In this document: positions 52,408-64,000 of the stretch, piece by piece
Numbering within the stretch: the first letter of the stretch is position 1
Layout of the letters: each line of letters starts with the position of its first letter
Assembly (NCBI GenBank): GCA_043228905.1
Contig: JBHGNT010000012.1
Location: 21,142,001 to 21,206,000 of the forward strand
Direction: 5' to 3'
Length of the DNA: 64,000 nt
From: Azolla caroliniana
Lineage: Eukaryota > Plantae > Polypodiophyta
Program-made: the position numbers and the translations under genes
Notes under the pieces: model-generated
Told to the model about the DNA's origin: nothing
Databases searched by the model: none
Seen by the model: the letters and a program-made list of their open reading frames with translations, nothing else

Positions 52408-54533
52408 ATGAGGGGGTCGGATCTCGCAGAGGCCATGGCTTCGGCCGTGGATCGGATTGTAAACGCGCGCGAGATCACCGGTGCCCTCGACAGAGCTATC
52501 GAGGCGGTCGTCGGCACGATCGGCCGGTTCGACGGGAAGGATGCCACGAAGTATTTGGCGTCCTACGGTGCAAAGATGCTGATGCGGGACATTCCGGAAG
52601 AAAGGCGTCTTGCCGGATTTCCCCGAGTGGCGATGCCGAGCATCCATGCGGAGGTGCTCGAGGTGCGGACGGAGAGCCGTACCTGGGAGGAGTTCGAAGG
52701 TCGGCTCCTAGAGAAATACGGGCTGGACGACGCGCTCCGGCTTTCGAAGCGAAGGTTCATGGAATGGGTGGAGTCCCCGGGGAAGGGAAGAAACGCGTCG
52801 GCGCTCCTCCGGGAGTTCGAGGAAAACTTTGTGCGCCTTTCGGCGCTCGACCGAACCATCCTGGACACGAGCCGGGTCTTGCTGTTTGTCAAGTCGGTCG
52901 ACGAGCGGGATCGGGAGCAAGTGGGCCTCTTGCTGGAAACCGAAGACGGGCTCACTACCGACTGGGCGGCTGTCAGGAAGGTCTGTGGCCGTTTCGACAA
53001 ACGGCGAGAATGGGCGGATAACGGGGCGACCGGGTCGGGCTCGGTCGCAGCAAGGAAGCCTGAACCAGCGCCACAGGTGCGCAAGGAAGAGACCCAGGGG
53101 TGGTTGGAAACCGGTTCGGCTTCGACCGGCGTAGTCAGAGGCTCAACCGGAAGAGCGGCGCTGGAGGAATTGACGAAGGCGATAAAGGACCTCCAAATCG
53201 CGCAGGCCCGAAGGGAAGGAGGCGAACCGGCTCGTGACCGACGGCCGGCGGCAGGAAACAGGTGCATGTGGTGCGATGAAGTCGGCCACATTCGGAAGGA
53301 CTGCGGCGACTTCGCGGAGGCGCTGAGGAACAGGGTGGTGTACCTGTGGGAAGGACGGGTGCATGCCAGCGACACCCGAAGGGCCCTGAGCCGAAACGAC
53401 GGAAAAGGTGGTATGAAAAGGTTGATGGAAGAGGCGGCGGCCCGACACGCGGAAACCGTCCACTACTCGGCGTCGGCCGGCATTCGAGTCGGGGGTTGCG
53501 AGGCCCGAAGGGAAAGCAAAGCCGGATTCTGGCCGACGATGCTGGAAGGCCTTGCCGGTGCAAGGCTAAAAGGGGAGGAATCGGACCGTGCGGAGAAACG
53601 GGTACGGGAGATGACCGGGTGGAGCGACCCAGTCGAGGAAAGGACGGGCTTCGTGGAAGCCGCTTGCCAGAACTACGAGGCTCTGGTAGAAGAGAAGCGG
53701 GTGGGGAGACCCGGGACGACCGGGCCCTCACAACGATACGAGACCCGGTCCGGGCCACGACGGGACGAAGCCGGCGGGGCCGGTACGCAAGATAAACCCC
53801 AGAAGGGCGGGTACCGTCTGGGGACGGAGATAGAAAGGACCACGGACTTACGAAAGGTCCTGGAGGAACGGATCCTCGACAGCAAGGTGGAGCTGTCGTT
53901 ACGAGAGGTGCTGGGAATCGCCAAGAAGGAGTTCCACGACTCCATCGTGGACTTGGTGAAACGGAAGAGGCTGTCGACGGAGACAGAACCGGAAAGACCG
54001 GTGGAAGTGCGGACGACGCACCTAGACGACATGGCGCTGGGAGACGAGTGGGCGGAAAGCCACTATTCGAGACCACACTGGGCCCGAGCGACCACGGAAA
54101 CCCGGTGAAGATCGGCGATGTCCAGGAACCGGTGATAGCTTTGGTGGACCACGGATCGGAGATCAATTTGATGTCCATGGACTTCTATAAGAAGGGCAAA
54201 TGGCCGATCAACACCAAGCACGGGTGGAAAATAAGGGCAGCAATGCGCGCCACCGAGGAACTGCACGGGGCCTGTCCGAATGTGCGAGTCAAGATCGGCG
54301 ACGTCGAGATTGACCAGCACTTCTTCGTGCAGGAGACGTCTTCGCATCCGGTCATTCTGGGAGAGCCGTACATCACGGCGGCGCGAATGGAGACCAAAGT
54401 GCTGGACAATGGTTCGGCCTACGCAAGGGTCAAAAGCCAAGACGGGCGCCATTCGGTCCAGTTTCTGACGGTACGGCCGAACCACGAACGTAACCGCGAT
54501 TCCCTCGGTTCCGAAAACCGAGAGGATTTTTAG
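52408..54533 (+). CDS. Gypsy Gag-protease, with a 1-bp frame break at about 54102
   Basis: ATG at 52408; Gag with CMWCDEVGHIRKDC knuckle stops at 54108; aspartic protease ALVDHGSEINLM continues in the -1 frame to TAG at 54531-54533. Confidence 0.85.
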
Positions 54534-57500
54534 AGAGGACTGCCAAGGCGTGGGGCCGCGACAGTCCGGATGCTCCGGGAAAACCCCACATCTGTACGAT
54601 AAAACCGTGTACAATAGGTAGGAAATTTTGCTTCTCCGACAGCGGAGCATGTACGATGGTCGGCATCACCGGCCGAGAGAAAACAAAGACGGAGGGGAGA
54701 CTTCAGGCGTGCGGAGTTCTCGGCCCTGACGAAGGAATCAACGGAGCCGTGGAGGCAGTCTCTTTCGACGACACCTTGGGAATGCTGGGGAAGGTAGTCG
54801 AAGAAGACCTTAACGAAGACCGGACGATACCGGTATGTTCCGAAGAAATGTACGAAGTCATCGCGGACTTCGGTCGAGGGCTCGAGTCAGAACGGACGGC
54901 CCGAGTGAGCACCAAGTACAAGACGGTGGACCGGAAGGTGAGGCCAGTTGCGGCGCCCTTACCGGAGGGCAGTGAATCCCGGATTAAAGGGGTTGCATCG
55001 GACCCCAGCTTACGAGATCGGGCCTGCATAGGACACACCTTCACCGACGAGACGCTCCGCGAGCTGAAGATCGGTGGGGGCGGGTTCCTACTGCCGGCGG
55101 AGGAAGACCGGTTCCGGAGAATGCTCGGAAGGCACGGGAAAGCCTTCGCATTCTCGCCGAAGGAAATCGGGTGCGTGGACCCGACGATCGTAGAGCCGAT
55201 GGTGATATTCACGGTACCGCATGTACCGTGGAATCTCAAGCCAATTTCGGTTCCGAGAGCTCACATCCCGAAGTTGATGGAGCTGTTGAAACAGAAAGTT
55301 GATATGGGCATTCTCGAGCCGTCGAGCGCCCCGTATTCAAACCGCTGGTTTACCGTGCCAAAGAAAAACGGATCATTGCGCTTCATTCAGGACCTGCAGC
55401 CGGTCAATAGAGTGACCATTCGGAACGCAGGGATCGGACCGACCATAGACGAGTTCGCGGAGGCCTTCGCCGGAAGGTCGATTTACTCGGTCGGTGATCT
55501 ATACTCAGGGTACGACCAGTTCCAGCTAGCCGTGGAAAGCAGAGACATTACGACGATGCGAACTCCCCTCGGCCTATTGCGGATGTGTACGTTGCCGCAA
55601 GGAGGGACCAACTCAGTGGCCCACATGGTGAATGCGATGAACAAGGTGCTGAGGGACTGCATCCCGGACATCACCATGCCGTTTCTAGACGACATCCCGA
55701 TCAAGGGATGCCCGGTAGAAGAGAAGGACGAGACGGTCGGGCCGGACGGATGCCGGCGATTCGTGATGGCGCACATCGACGACTGCGAGAAGGTGCTGCA
55801 AAGGCTAGAGGATGCGAGGCTCACCTTCTCGGGGGAGAAATCAGCCTTCGGGCAGTCGGAAATCATGGTGGTCGGACACTTATGTGGGCCATATGGCCGG
55901 AAACCGTCTCCGGCAAAGGTAGAAGCCATCTCCGCGATGAAGCCCGACTGCAGCTCGGTCACGGAAGTACGTAGATTCCTGGGGGCATGCGCATTCTACC
56001 ACATATGGATCCCGCATTACGCCCATGTTGCGGAGCCGCTATACGGATTATTGAGGAAAGGGCGAAGATTCGAATGGCTAGACAAGCACAAGGAGTCGGT
56101 CCGGAAGCTGAAGGAGGCTCTCTCGGCAGCACCGGCGCTCCGAAAGGCCGTCTACAGAAAGGGCACCCCAGTGTACATAACGGTTGACACGAGTCCGACC
56201 GGAATCGGGTGGGTCGTCAACCAAGAAGACGGGGACGGCAATCGGTTTCCAATCCGATTCGGCGCGAAGGTCCTCAGCGAACGGCAGCGAGGATACGCCC
56301 AGGTTAAACGCGAACTCTGGGGTATCGTTTCGGCGGTGAAAGCCGACAAGGACTATCTGATCGGGACAGAGGTAATCATAGAGACGGATTGCATGCCGAT
56401 TCTCGGCATGGTTTCCGGGTGCGCAACGCCGGACCTGGCAATGCTCAGGTGGATAGCGTACATCAAGTCCCTGGACCCGGGAATACGACACATTTCCGGG
56501 AAAGACAACGCCATGGCCGACATGCTTTCGAGGGCGAGATTCGATGACGAGGGCGGCATGATTTCGGAGGACGAAGAGGTCGGCGTGGACTTCTTCGAGA
56601 CTGCGTATGTAACAACCGACGGGACAAGCACTCCGGCGCTTAACGACTTCGACGCGAGCAAGTACGACGGGGAGTGGCTGCAGATCGGTGGGTTTTTGAA
56701 GACAATGACGCCCGATGCGTCATGGACGAAGGACGAGGCCAACCGGATCCGGAAGAAAGCGTACCGGTTCTTTCTCCGGGACGGATACTTGTGGAAGCAC
56801 CCGAAGAGGAGGAACGGCGTCCCGCTCCAGGTGGTGGCGATGAAGGAAGAACAGGAGGAGCTGCTGACGGCCTACCACGACAGCCCTTGGGCTGGACACC
56901 GTGGAACATGGGCTACGTTTGAGAAACTGAAGGGGAAGTATTGGTGGCCGGGGCAGTACCAGGACGTGCATCGGTTCGTGACAACTTGCGAGAGCTGTCA
57001 GATGCACTCCATAGTCCGACATCGGGACGAGCTTCACCCCACGTACCCTCCGACCATCCACTTCAAATGGATGGTAGATCTGGTAACGATGCCAATGGGA
57101 GTAGGACAGATGCGGTACCTGGTCCTAGCGCGGGAGGATCTGACGAACCAGGTGGAAGGCCGGGCCCTTCCGAACAAAACGACCGCGGCCGTATGCCGGT
57201 TCCTAATCGAAGACGTGATATGCCGGTACGGGTGCGTCGGGAAGATCGTGGCTGACCGAGGGGAGTTGGACGCTGAAGAAGCCGCGGAGCTGTTCGACCG
57301 GCTGGGAGTCAAGCTCTCGCTCACCACTGCGTACAATCCGGAGGCGAATGGGAAGGTGGAGCGCGGACACGGGCCGATCGTCAAGGCGTTGGTTCGGGCA
57401 TGCAGAGGCCAAGTCGGTAACTGGCCGCGGCTGCTACCTTATGCCTTGTGGGCAGACCGGACCACGCACAGTTCGGTAACCGGGTACATGCCGACGGAGC

Positions 57501-58012
57501 TCATGTTCGGCCAGAAGCCGATCATGCCGATGGAACGGACGATCTCCTCGTGGGCAACGGTCGACTGGAGGGACGAGATGAACCGGGAGGAGTTGTTGGC
57601 CGCGCGTATACGACAGCTCGAGCGGAGACCGGAGGACGTGGAACTGGCTGCGGAGAGGCTCCGGGTGGCGAGGGCAAAGAACAAAGCCAGGTTCGACCGA
57701 ACGCACCGGCTCCGACCGAAGAAAATCGAAGAAGGTGACTGGGTGCTCGTCTACGACAGCAGCCTCGACAACCAGCACCGAGCCACACGGAAGTTCGCAC
57801 GAAGGTGGATCGGGCCTTACGTGGTACGGAGCGCCAATGACAACGGGACATATCACCTGGCGGAACTTGACGGCACGAGAGTGGCGATACCGGTTGCAGG
57901 GAAGCGGATCAAAGCGTTCAAGAAGCGACATGACGACGAGCCGGACCCGGCTCTCCTAGTCAGCAGTGACGAACGATCCGGAAACGAGGAAGAACCGACG
58001 GGCGAGGAATGA
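54524..58012 (+). CDS. Gypsy Pol (RT, RNase H, integrase), in the -1 frame relative to protease
   Basis: Frame is open from the GGATTTT site to 58012. DLYSGYDQF, LPQGGTNS, FLDD, TVDTS, GHRG..CESC (INT zinc finger), ADRGE, NGKVER, GPY. No chromodomain seen. Confidence 0.93.
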   Translation, partial: GFLERTAKAWGRDSPDAPGKPHICTIKPCTIGRKFCFSDSGACTMVGITGREKTKTEGRLQACGVLGPDEGINGAVEAVSFDDTLGMLGKVVEEDLNEDRTIPVCSEEMYEVIADFGRGLESERTARVSTKYKTVDRKVRPVAAPLPEGSESRIKGVASDPSLRDRACIGHTFTDETLRELKIGGGGFLLPAEEDRFRRMLGRHGKAFAFSPKEIGCVDPTIVEPMVIFTVPHVPWNLKPISVPRAHIPKLMELLKQKVDMGILEPSSAPYSNRWFTVPKKNGSLRFIQDLQPVNRVTIRNAGIGPTIDEFAEAFAGRSIYSVGDLYSGYDQFQLAVESRDITTMRTPLGLLRMCTLPQGGTNSVAHMVNAMNKVLRDCIPDITMPFLDDIPIKGCPVEEKDETVGPDGCRRFVMAHIDDCEKVLQRLEDARLTFSGEKSAFGQSEIMVVGHLCGPYGRKPSPAKVEAISAMKPDCSSVTEVRRFLGACAFYHIWIPHYAHVAEPLYGLLRKGRRFEWLDKHKESVRKLKEALSAAPALRKAVYRKGTPVYITVDTSPTGIGWVVNQEDGDGNRFPIRFGAKVLSERQRGYAQVKRELWGIVSAVKADKDYLIGTEVIIETDCMPILGMVSGCATPDLAMLRWIAYIKSLDPGIRHISGKDNAMADMLSRARFDDEGGMISEDEEVGVDFFETAYVTTDGTSTPALNDFDASKYDGEWLQIGGFLKTMTPDASWTKDEANRIRKKAYRFFLRDGYLWKHPKRRNGVPLQVVAMKEEQEELLTAYHDSPWAGHRGTWATFEKLKGKYWWPGQYQDVHRFVTTCESCQMHSIVRHRDELHPTYPPTIHFKWMVDLVTMPMGVGQMRYLVLAREDLTNQVEGRALPNKTTAAVCRFLIEDVICRYGCVGKIVADRGELDAEEAAELFDRLGVKLSLTTAYNPEANGKVERGHGPIVKALVRACRGQVGNWPRLLPYALWADRTTHSSVTGYMPTELMFGQKPIMPMERTISSWATVDWRDEMNREELLAARIRQLERRPEDVELAAERLRVARAKNKARFDRTHRLRPKKIEEGDWVLVYDSSLDNQHRATRKFARRWIGPYVVRSANDNGTYHLAELDGTRVAIPVAGKRIKAFKKRHDDEPDPALLVSSDERSGNEEEPTGEE

Positions 58013-58890
58013 AGACGGGCCGGTTTTCTCCGTCCCAACTCTCTTGGCGCATACCGGAGGATGCGCGGTTAGGTGGGGGCGGATGTCGCGAAGAAAACCG
58101 TCCATAGGCGGAATCGGCGCACCTAGGCGTGGGTACCGGTTCTTCACGCGCGCAAGCTCCAAGTTGTACATAGAAGCGAGTTAGGAGGATAACCGGCAGG
58201 AACGGGCCCTAACACAAGTGGAGACAAAGACCGCGCGAACAGTCTTTTCGGTCGCGCGCGCGAGTTAAGGAACTGTACGAGTCGGAGGCGTAACTACGCG
58301 GATGCGTGAAGAACGGAGCGGATCCCTGTCCAAAAGGGACAGGGAATAAAGCTGACATGACGGCCTGCTCGTCGGATATATAAGGAGCAGGAAAGAGCTG
58401 TTGCAGATCTCTCGAAGGGGGGAGAGAGGACGAAGTGCTGTCGGACCGTTTCTGGACGCTTCTCTCTCTGTTTCCTTCCTTCTTGAGCTCCATAGCTTTC
58501 TGTGCAGGGTTCCGAGGAGGCTCGCGCTGTTTCGAGGAACGCCCGAGTGCTTCCGGCAGCACCTCCGAGCTGCTACCCCGTTTGTGCGTCGAAGCGAACA
58601 GGCATCGGCATCTGTTCGCCGGCCTGTTCGGTTGTAACCAACCTGTGCCCCATCGAGGGTTGTAGTCGTGTTAGCCATTTTTGTTAATATACATATTTAG
58701 TCGTTCGCGTCTGTCTGTGTCGGTGTCTGTTCGCGTTCTCCGTGCTGAAGGGCCGTGTCCCTGTGTATCCCCGGTCCTGCGTAGCCGGTTCTCCCTCTTT
58801 CTCCTCCCTCGCTTGCTCTTTGGTTCGAGACCCCCGCGGTCCCGCCTCATCTCCACACGCACTTGCAAAATATCTCGACAACGGTTTACA

Positions 58891-61800
58891 TGTGGAGTTG
58901 GTTGAACGACAGATATGCGTGGAAACGTATGTGAGGACATGTCAGTTGTGCTCAACAAACAACATAGAAGGAAGGCAAGAAGATATAGATGCACAGATGA
59001 AGCTGTAATGGAAGCTCTCTTTATTTTGTGTTTTCTCTCTCTCTCTCAGAGACTCGTTATAAGAATGATCGAACACTACTTACAACGTTAGGTTATTGCT
59101 TATATACTAAGCCCTAACTATATGGACGAGTTTTCACACTAGGATACAAAGTGGAAAGAGTCGGCCTTTTATGCCAACAAACTCCCCCGTAAAAGGACTT
59201 CTCTTTTCTACATGTACATGTGTTTGGGGTTATCTCCTCCGTAAACCTAGATTACAAAACTAATCTAAATTTATATTACTTGAGTCAGTCGGCATATGGC
59301 CGAATCAGCAGAGGTGTAGGATGTGTCATCATGGTTTATTCGATTAATTCTCACCTTTCGCTCTTCGTTCGGCTTTTCTCCTGGTCATTTGCTTGTCGTG
59401 GTCCCATCTCTGTCCTTAGTGTTCTAAAGCGTTGATCTGGGAGTGGTTTCGTCAGGCAATCGGTGATATTCACCTCGGTGTCAATCTTCCAGACTTTGAG
59501 CTTCTTCTCTGTTATGAGCTCCCAAATGTGATGATATCACACCTCAATGTGCTTTGTCTTTGTATGATAGACATGATTGTTGATGAGGTGTACTACGCTC
59601 TGCGAGTCGCAATAGATGGTTAGCGTTGGTCAGTCGATTTGGCTTGTAGATGAGAAGTCGGCAAACAATCGGTGCAGCCAGATCGCTTCCTTCGCTGCCT
59701 CCAATGTTGTTATGTACTCGGCCTCTATGGTCAACAGAGCAATGCACTCTTGAAGTTTTGACCTCCATGATATTGCACCACCACCATAAGTGAAGATGTA
59801 GCATGATTTCGATTTCCAATTATCCGTGTTTCCGGCGTACTCGGAATCGGTGTAGCCTTCGACTTCAGCTAAGGTTGTCAAACCAAAAGTCAGCTGTGTA
59901 TCTTCGGTCCCTCTCAGGTACCTGAAAATGTGCTTGATGGCCTCCCAATGCTTTTGTCTTGGGTTTGACATGTACTGACTGACCATCCCTACGGCATAGG
60001 CTAGGTCGGGGCGGGTCACCACCATTGCGTACATGATACTTCCTACGGCCGATGCATAGGGCATCTTTCCATTAAGCTCTTTCTCCTTGTCCGTTGAAGG
60101 AGAGTCTCTGTTCAATAGTCTGATCGACGTCAGGAGCAGTGTGGGTGTTGGCTTCACATTCTCCATGTTGAAGCGCTTCAACACCTTCCGAATATAGTCG
60201 GAGTAGGACAGTCGGAGAGTCTTTGTCTTCCGATTTCGCTCGATCCTCATGCACAGTATGTGTCGGGCTTATCTGAGTTCCTTCATCGCAAACTTGTCAT
60301 GAAGGCTCCGCTTCAAGTTCCTTATTTCTTCTTTATTGCTTCCTGCAATCAGCATGCCGTCGACGTATAGGATCAGATAAATTCTGGACTTATTGGCCAG
60401 TTGCCGAATGTACAAGCATGGGTCGGATTCTGATCGACGGTATCCAAGCTACCTGATGTAGGAGTCGAACTTCTGGTACCACATCCTTGGCGCTTGTTTC
60501 AAGCCATAGAGGCTTTTCTTCAGTCGACATACGAGGTGACTTTCCTCCCCCGTCACCGTGAATCCTACCGGTTGAGACATGTAAATGTCTTCTTCTAGAT
60601 CTCCATATAGGAATGTCGTCTTTACATCCATCTGTTCGAGCTCTAGGTCTTCTGTCGCTACGAATCCTAGTAAGAGTCAGAGGGTGGTCATCTTGGCTAC
60701 TGGTGAAAATATCTTCTCGTAATTGACCCCGTGTTCTTGTTTGAAACCTTTCGCGACAAGACGAGCTTTGTACTTGTCCTTCTCGGAGTCGGATACATAT
60801 TTTTATCGGAAAACCCATTTGCAAGGTAGCAGCTTTCTTCCAATTGGTAGTTCGACCAGCTCCCATGTCTGATTCTCATGAATTGAGTCCATTTCGGATT
60901 TCATGGCTTGTAGACATGTTTCGGCGTTCATTGCGGCCATAGCTTCTTCATAAGTGCTTGGTTTGCCTATATCGGTGTAGTTGACGTAGTCGAGGCCAGG
61001 TTGGTAGAACTTTGTCTGCCTTTGAGCTCATCCAGATCTCCTGAGTGCCGAGCTAAGAGGTTCGGATTCTTTGAACGGCTCTATCAGTCAATCGGTATTT
61101 GTTGAACAGTTTGTGTCAGGATTCTTGTTAGGTGACCCACTTTGGGATTTCAGTGGTGTCATGGCTTTCTCCCTCGTGAACTTTGTCGACTCGGGTCTGT
61201 TTCCAAATCGCACCATGTTGACTTTGCTTTGTTCGACTCTTGTCAAATCGGCTCTGTCTTTGATGGCTTTGTCTTCGAGATCGACTAGTGGACCTCTTAC
61301 CAATATGTTGTCAGCTTGATCGAGTTCGACTGTTTGTCGAATCTCTGATTCGGTTTGGTGGGATGGTCCTTCTACAACATCTCTGTCGACTTCGAAGGAT
61401 ACCTTTTTACGAGCTATTTTCTATTGGTTCCGTTGAGAGAAGATAGAGTCTTCATTGAAGACTACATCATTGCTCTGGATTAGTTTCCGGTTCTCAGGCT
61501 CCCATAGCCGGTAGCCAAAGTCCCCATCGGTTCCATAACCGAGAAATATGCATTTCGCCGCATGGGGTGCCAACTTGGTCCTTTTCACCTTGGGGATGAA
61601 CGCGTAGGCTTCGCATTCGAATACACAGAACCTATATTAGGTCAGTCGTTTGCATGTCCATAGTGCTTGTGACACTTCGAGCCTGATTTCCTTCGATAGT
61701 GATAGATTTACCAAGTATACTGTTGTCTGCAATGCTTCAACCTAGAACTCCAGCTTCAGTCCAACTTATTGGAGCATTGCCGTCACCCTCTCCTGGATCA

Positions 61801-62770
61801 TTCAGTTGATCCATTCTGCATGGGTGTGTAAGGAATGGTCTTTTGATATCGGATCCCTTTGTTGGACAAGTACTGATTGAAGGCTCTAGAGGTATATTCA
61901 CCTCTGTTGTCTTCACTCTGTGTCCCGACCTGTTCTCCACTTCAAATGTCCACTGAGTGAAGACCTCGAGTGCTTCATCTTTGGACCTGATTGAGTAGGC
62001 CCAGACCTTTCGTGTACAGTCATCTACAAAGGTGATGAAGTATCGGGAGCCTCCTAGTGATTGCTCTGGCATGGGCCCACATATATCTGTGTGCACGAGC
62101 TATAGGGGCTTTCGTACCGTCTCGTACTGGAGAGAGTGCGGACTTCGGGTTTGTTTCCTGTATTGACAATGTTTGCAAAAGTCTGTCTTTGCTTGGAGTT
62201 TAGGGATGTAGCCGACTACCATTAGTCGATCAAGTCCGGCTTGAGACATATGACCGAGTTGGCCATGCCATAAGTTTGGGTCGGTCTTTTCAACTGCATT
62301 TACGACCCCTTCTGGATTGATCGCCATTAGTGGGTATATGTTATTGTACTTGTGTTCACTCCTGATTTTCAGATTTCCTCGGCTAATCATCCAGGTTGAC
62401 TCACTAAGAGTCGTTCGACACCCGCCTTAGGCTAACATGCCGATGGAGACCAGACTCCTTTTCAGATCGGGTACATGTCGAACTCGATGTAGGGTTATTG
62501 TGTTGCCATTTGGCAATCTGATGGGAACCTCTTCGGTCCCTGCTATTCAGCACTCATGCCTGTTTCCTAGTCGGATTGTGCCACTGGCGTCGCTTGAATA
62601 GTTCGAAAACCATTCGATGTTCGGGATCACGTGGAATGTGGCACTGGAATCCAGTAACCACGTATGCGCATCTTGTGCACTATAGAGGACTTATCCGATC
62701 ATCGAGTCCTCTAAGGAAAGAATTTCTCCGGATCGGGTGTCGGTAACATTAACTTCGTTGCCGACTAGAG
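58891..62770 (-). mobile_element. Degenerate 5'-truncated Ty1/Copia element
   Basis: Probable 3' LTR at about 58891-59179 with PPT at 59181-59188. RH/RT (PYASAVGSIMYAMV, MDVKTTFLYGDL, LKQAPRMWY), INT (HTDICGPM, YFITFVDD), GAG-pre-integrase (LWHGQLGHMS), PR (WLLDSSATFH). Stops and frameshifts. Confidence 0.88.
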
Positions 62771-64000
62771 AGTGGTTTTTCATCCACCTCAAAAAACCGG
62801 TATGTCTTATCATCTGAATACCCCTTCACAGCAAAGAGTACTTCCAATCTTTAAAAAACCCCAACCCATCTATGGTTAGCATTATTGGGTGGTATGGGAA
62901 GTCTACTCATTGCTTCCTGAATTTGTTGATACATTATTTGGCCGCCATGCATACTACGTAGGATTTCTTTTTGCTCTTTCAATGAACGCGATAAAAACGC
63001 TTTCCAAGTCTGAACTGTTTTCGTTGTACCTGCTGTCATTTTCCCCCATGATAACCATTGTCTAGAACCTAGCACTGAACCATCTGATGTTGTAAACAAC
63101 GGGTTCCAAACTATCTTTTGTCTGAGATAGTCAACATAACGTTTGGGATTAGGTTTATTATGAAGCAAACCAGGTAATACATGTTTCCATGCTAAAAATA
63201 ATGTCCTAATAAATTTGTCTTCCCATCTATTGGCTGAAGGTACTCGGAAAGTTTCGTTCGGCCAGGGGGCGCCTAAGCAAGGAGAGCAATCTGAACATCG
63301 GTCAATCAATAATACTTTCCATATTTCTTGCCCCAGTGTAAATCCTCTAACAAGCAACTTACTTAGCAATGCTCTTGATTGATCTACTGGATCAATAATA
63401 CCTTATCCTCCTTTAGAACGAGGTAAGGTAATAACATCCCATTTCACTTTCGACCGAGCATTGCCTTCCGTTTTACCGGACCACAAGAAATTACGAATCA
63501 GTCTACGTATTTTCAGAATGCATGACTTGGAGAATATCCAACATGACAAAACATACCATGTTGAAGCCAATAAAACCTGATTAGCAACTATAATCCGACT
63601 AGCAAAAGACAACTTGGCTGAACTCCATAATAATAACTTTTTCTGTAGTGATAATAGGAGGGGTGCCACTTGATGTTCCATTGAAAGATCAATACCTATC
63701 GTACGCCCTAGGTACCGAACTGGACAACCTGATGGTATCCATCGAAATTGCGGGTGTGGATTCCATATAGGAGACTTTACATCCCCCACCCAAAATACAA
63801 AGGACTTGCTCCAATTGACCACTGCACCTGAAGCCTTACAAAATGTGGATATGGCCAATTCTATTTTTTGCAAATTTTCTAAATCACCTTTTAAGTATAG
63901 GGCAGTGTCATCTACAAACTCAACATCCCTTATTTCTATATGTGAAAGTGGGACTCGTAGTCCCCGTATACCAATATCTCCAGTATTCAAAAAAGAGATC
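62771..64000 (-). mobile_element. L1-clade LINE ORF2 fragment running off the right edge
   Basis: EFVDDTALYL, VNWSKS, RYLG, RIIVANQVLLASTWY, RNFLWSG, LPRSKGG; related to the L1 at 30592-38950. Confidence 0.88.

Larger units (their letters stand above)
51567..58880 (+). mobile_element. Young, near-intact Ty3/Gypsy LTR retrotransposon, tRNA-Trp primed
   Basis: 797-bp LTRs at 51567-52363 and 58084-58880 with three substitutions noticed; 4-bp TSD acgg; PBS 52368-52385; PPT about 58071-58083; gag-PR-RT-RH-INT order. Confidence 0.96.

Noticed and set aside
45881-58184. Numerous overlapping 60-350 aa ORFs on both strands
   Set aside because: Expected by chance in GC-rich retroelement sequence; no recognisable domains.

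Overview
AT-rich land-plant nuclear DNA; the transposon families suggest a non-seed plant such as a fern or lycophyte (inference). Two intron-containing host genes lie on the minus strand: an AMP1/LAMP1-family glutamate carboxypeptidase (start 4419, last exon beyond the left edge) and a large auxilin-like J-domain protein (26234-19417). The rest is mostly transposons: a near-intact RTE-X-like LINE in a (TC)n microsatellite; a full-length L1 with a TSD and three nested inserts; an old Copia containing a solo LTR and a very young intact Copia; a young Gypsy with a tRNA-Trp PBS; a decayed relative of that Gypsy; and further Copia and L1 remnants. The most notable observations are a predicted -1 ribosomal frameshift signal (G GAT TTT plus a pseudoknot) between protease and RT in the Gypsy, and an unclassified CACTAC-ended, LTR-like insert carrying a tRNA-like A/B-box module. 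All coordinates were read by eye and no searches were run.
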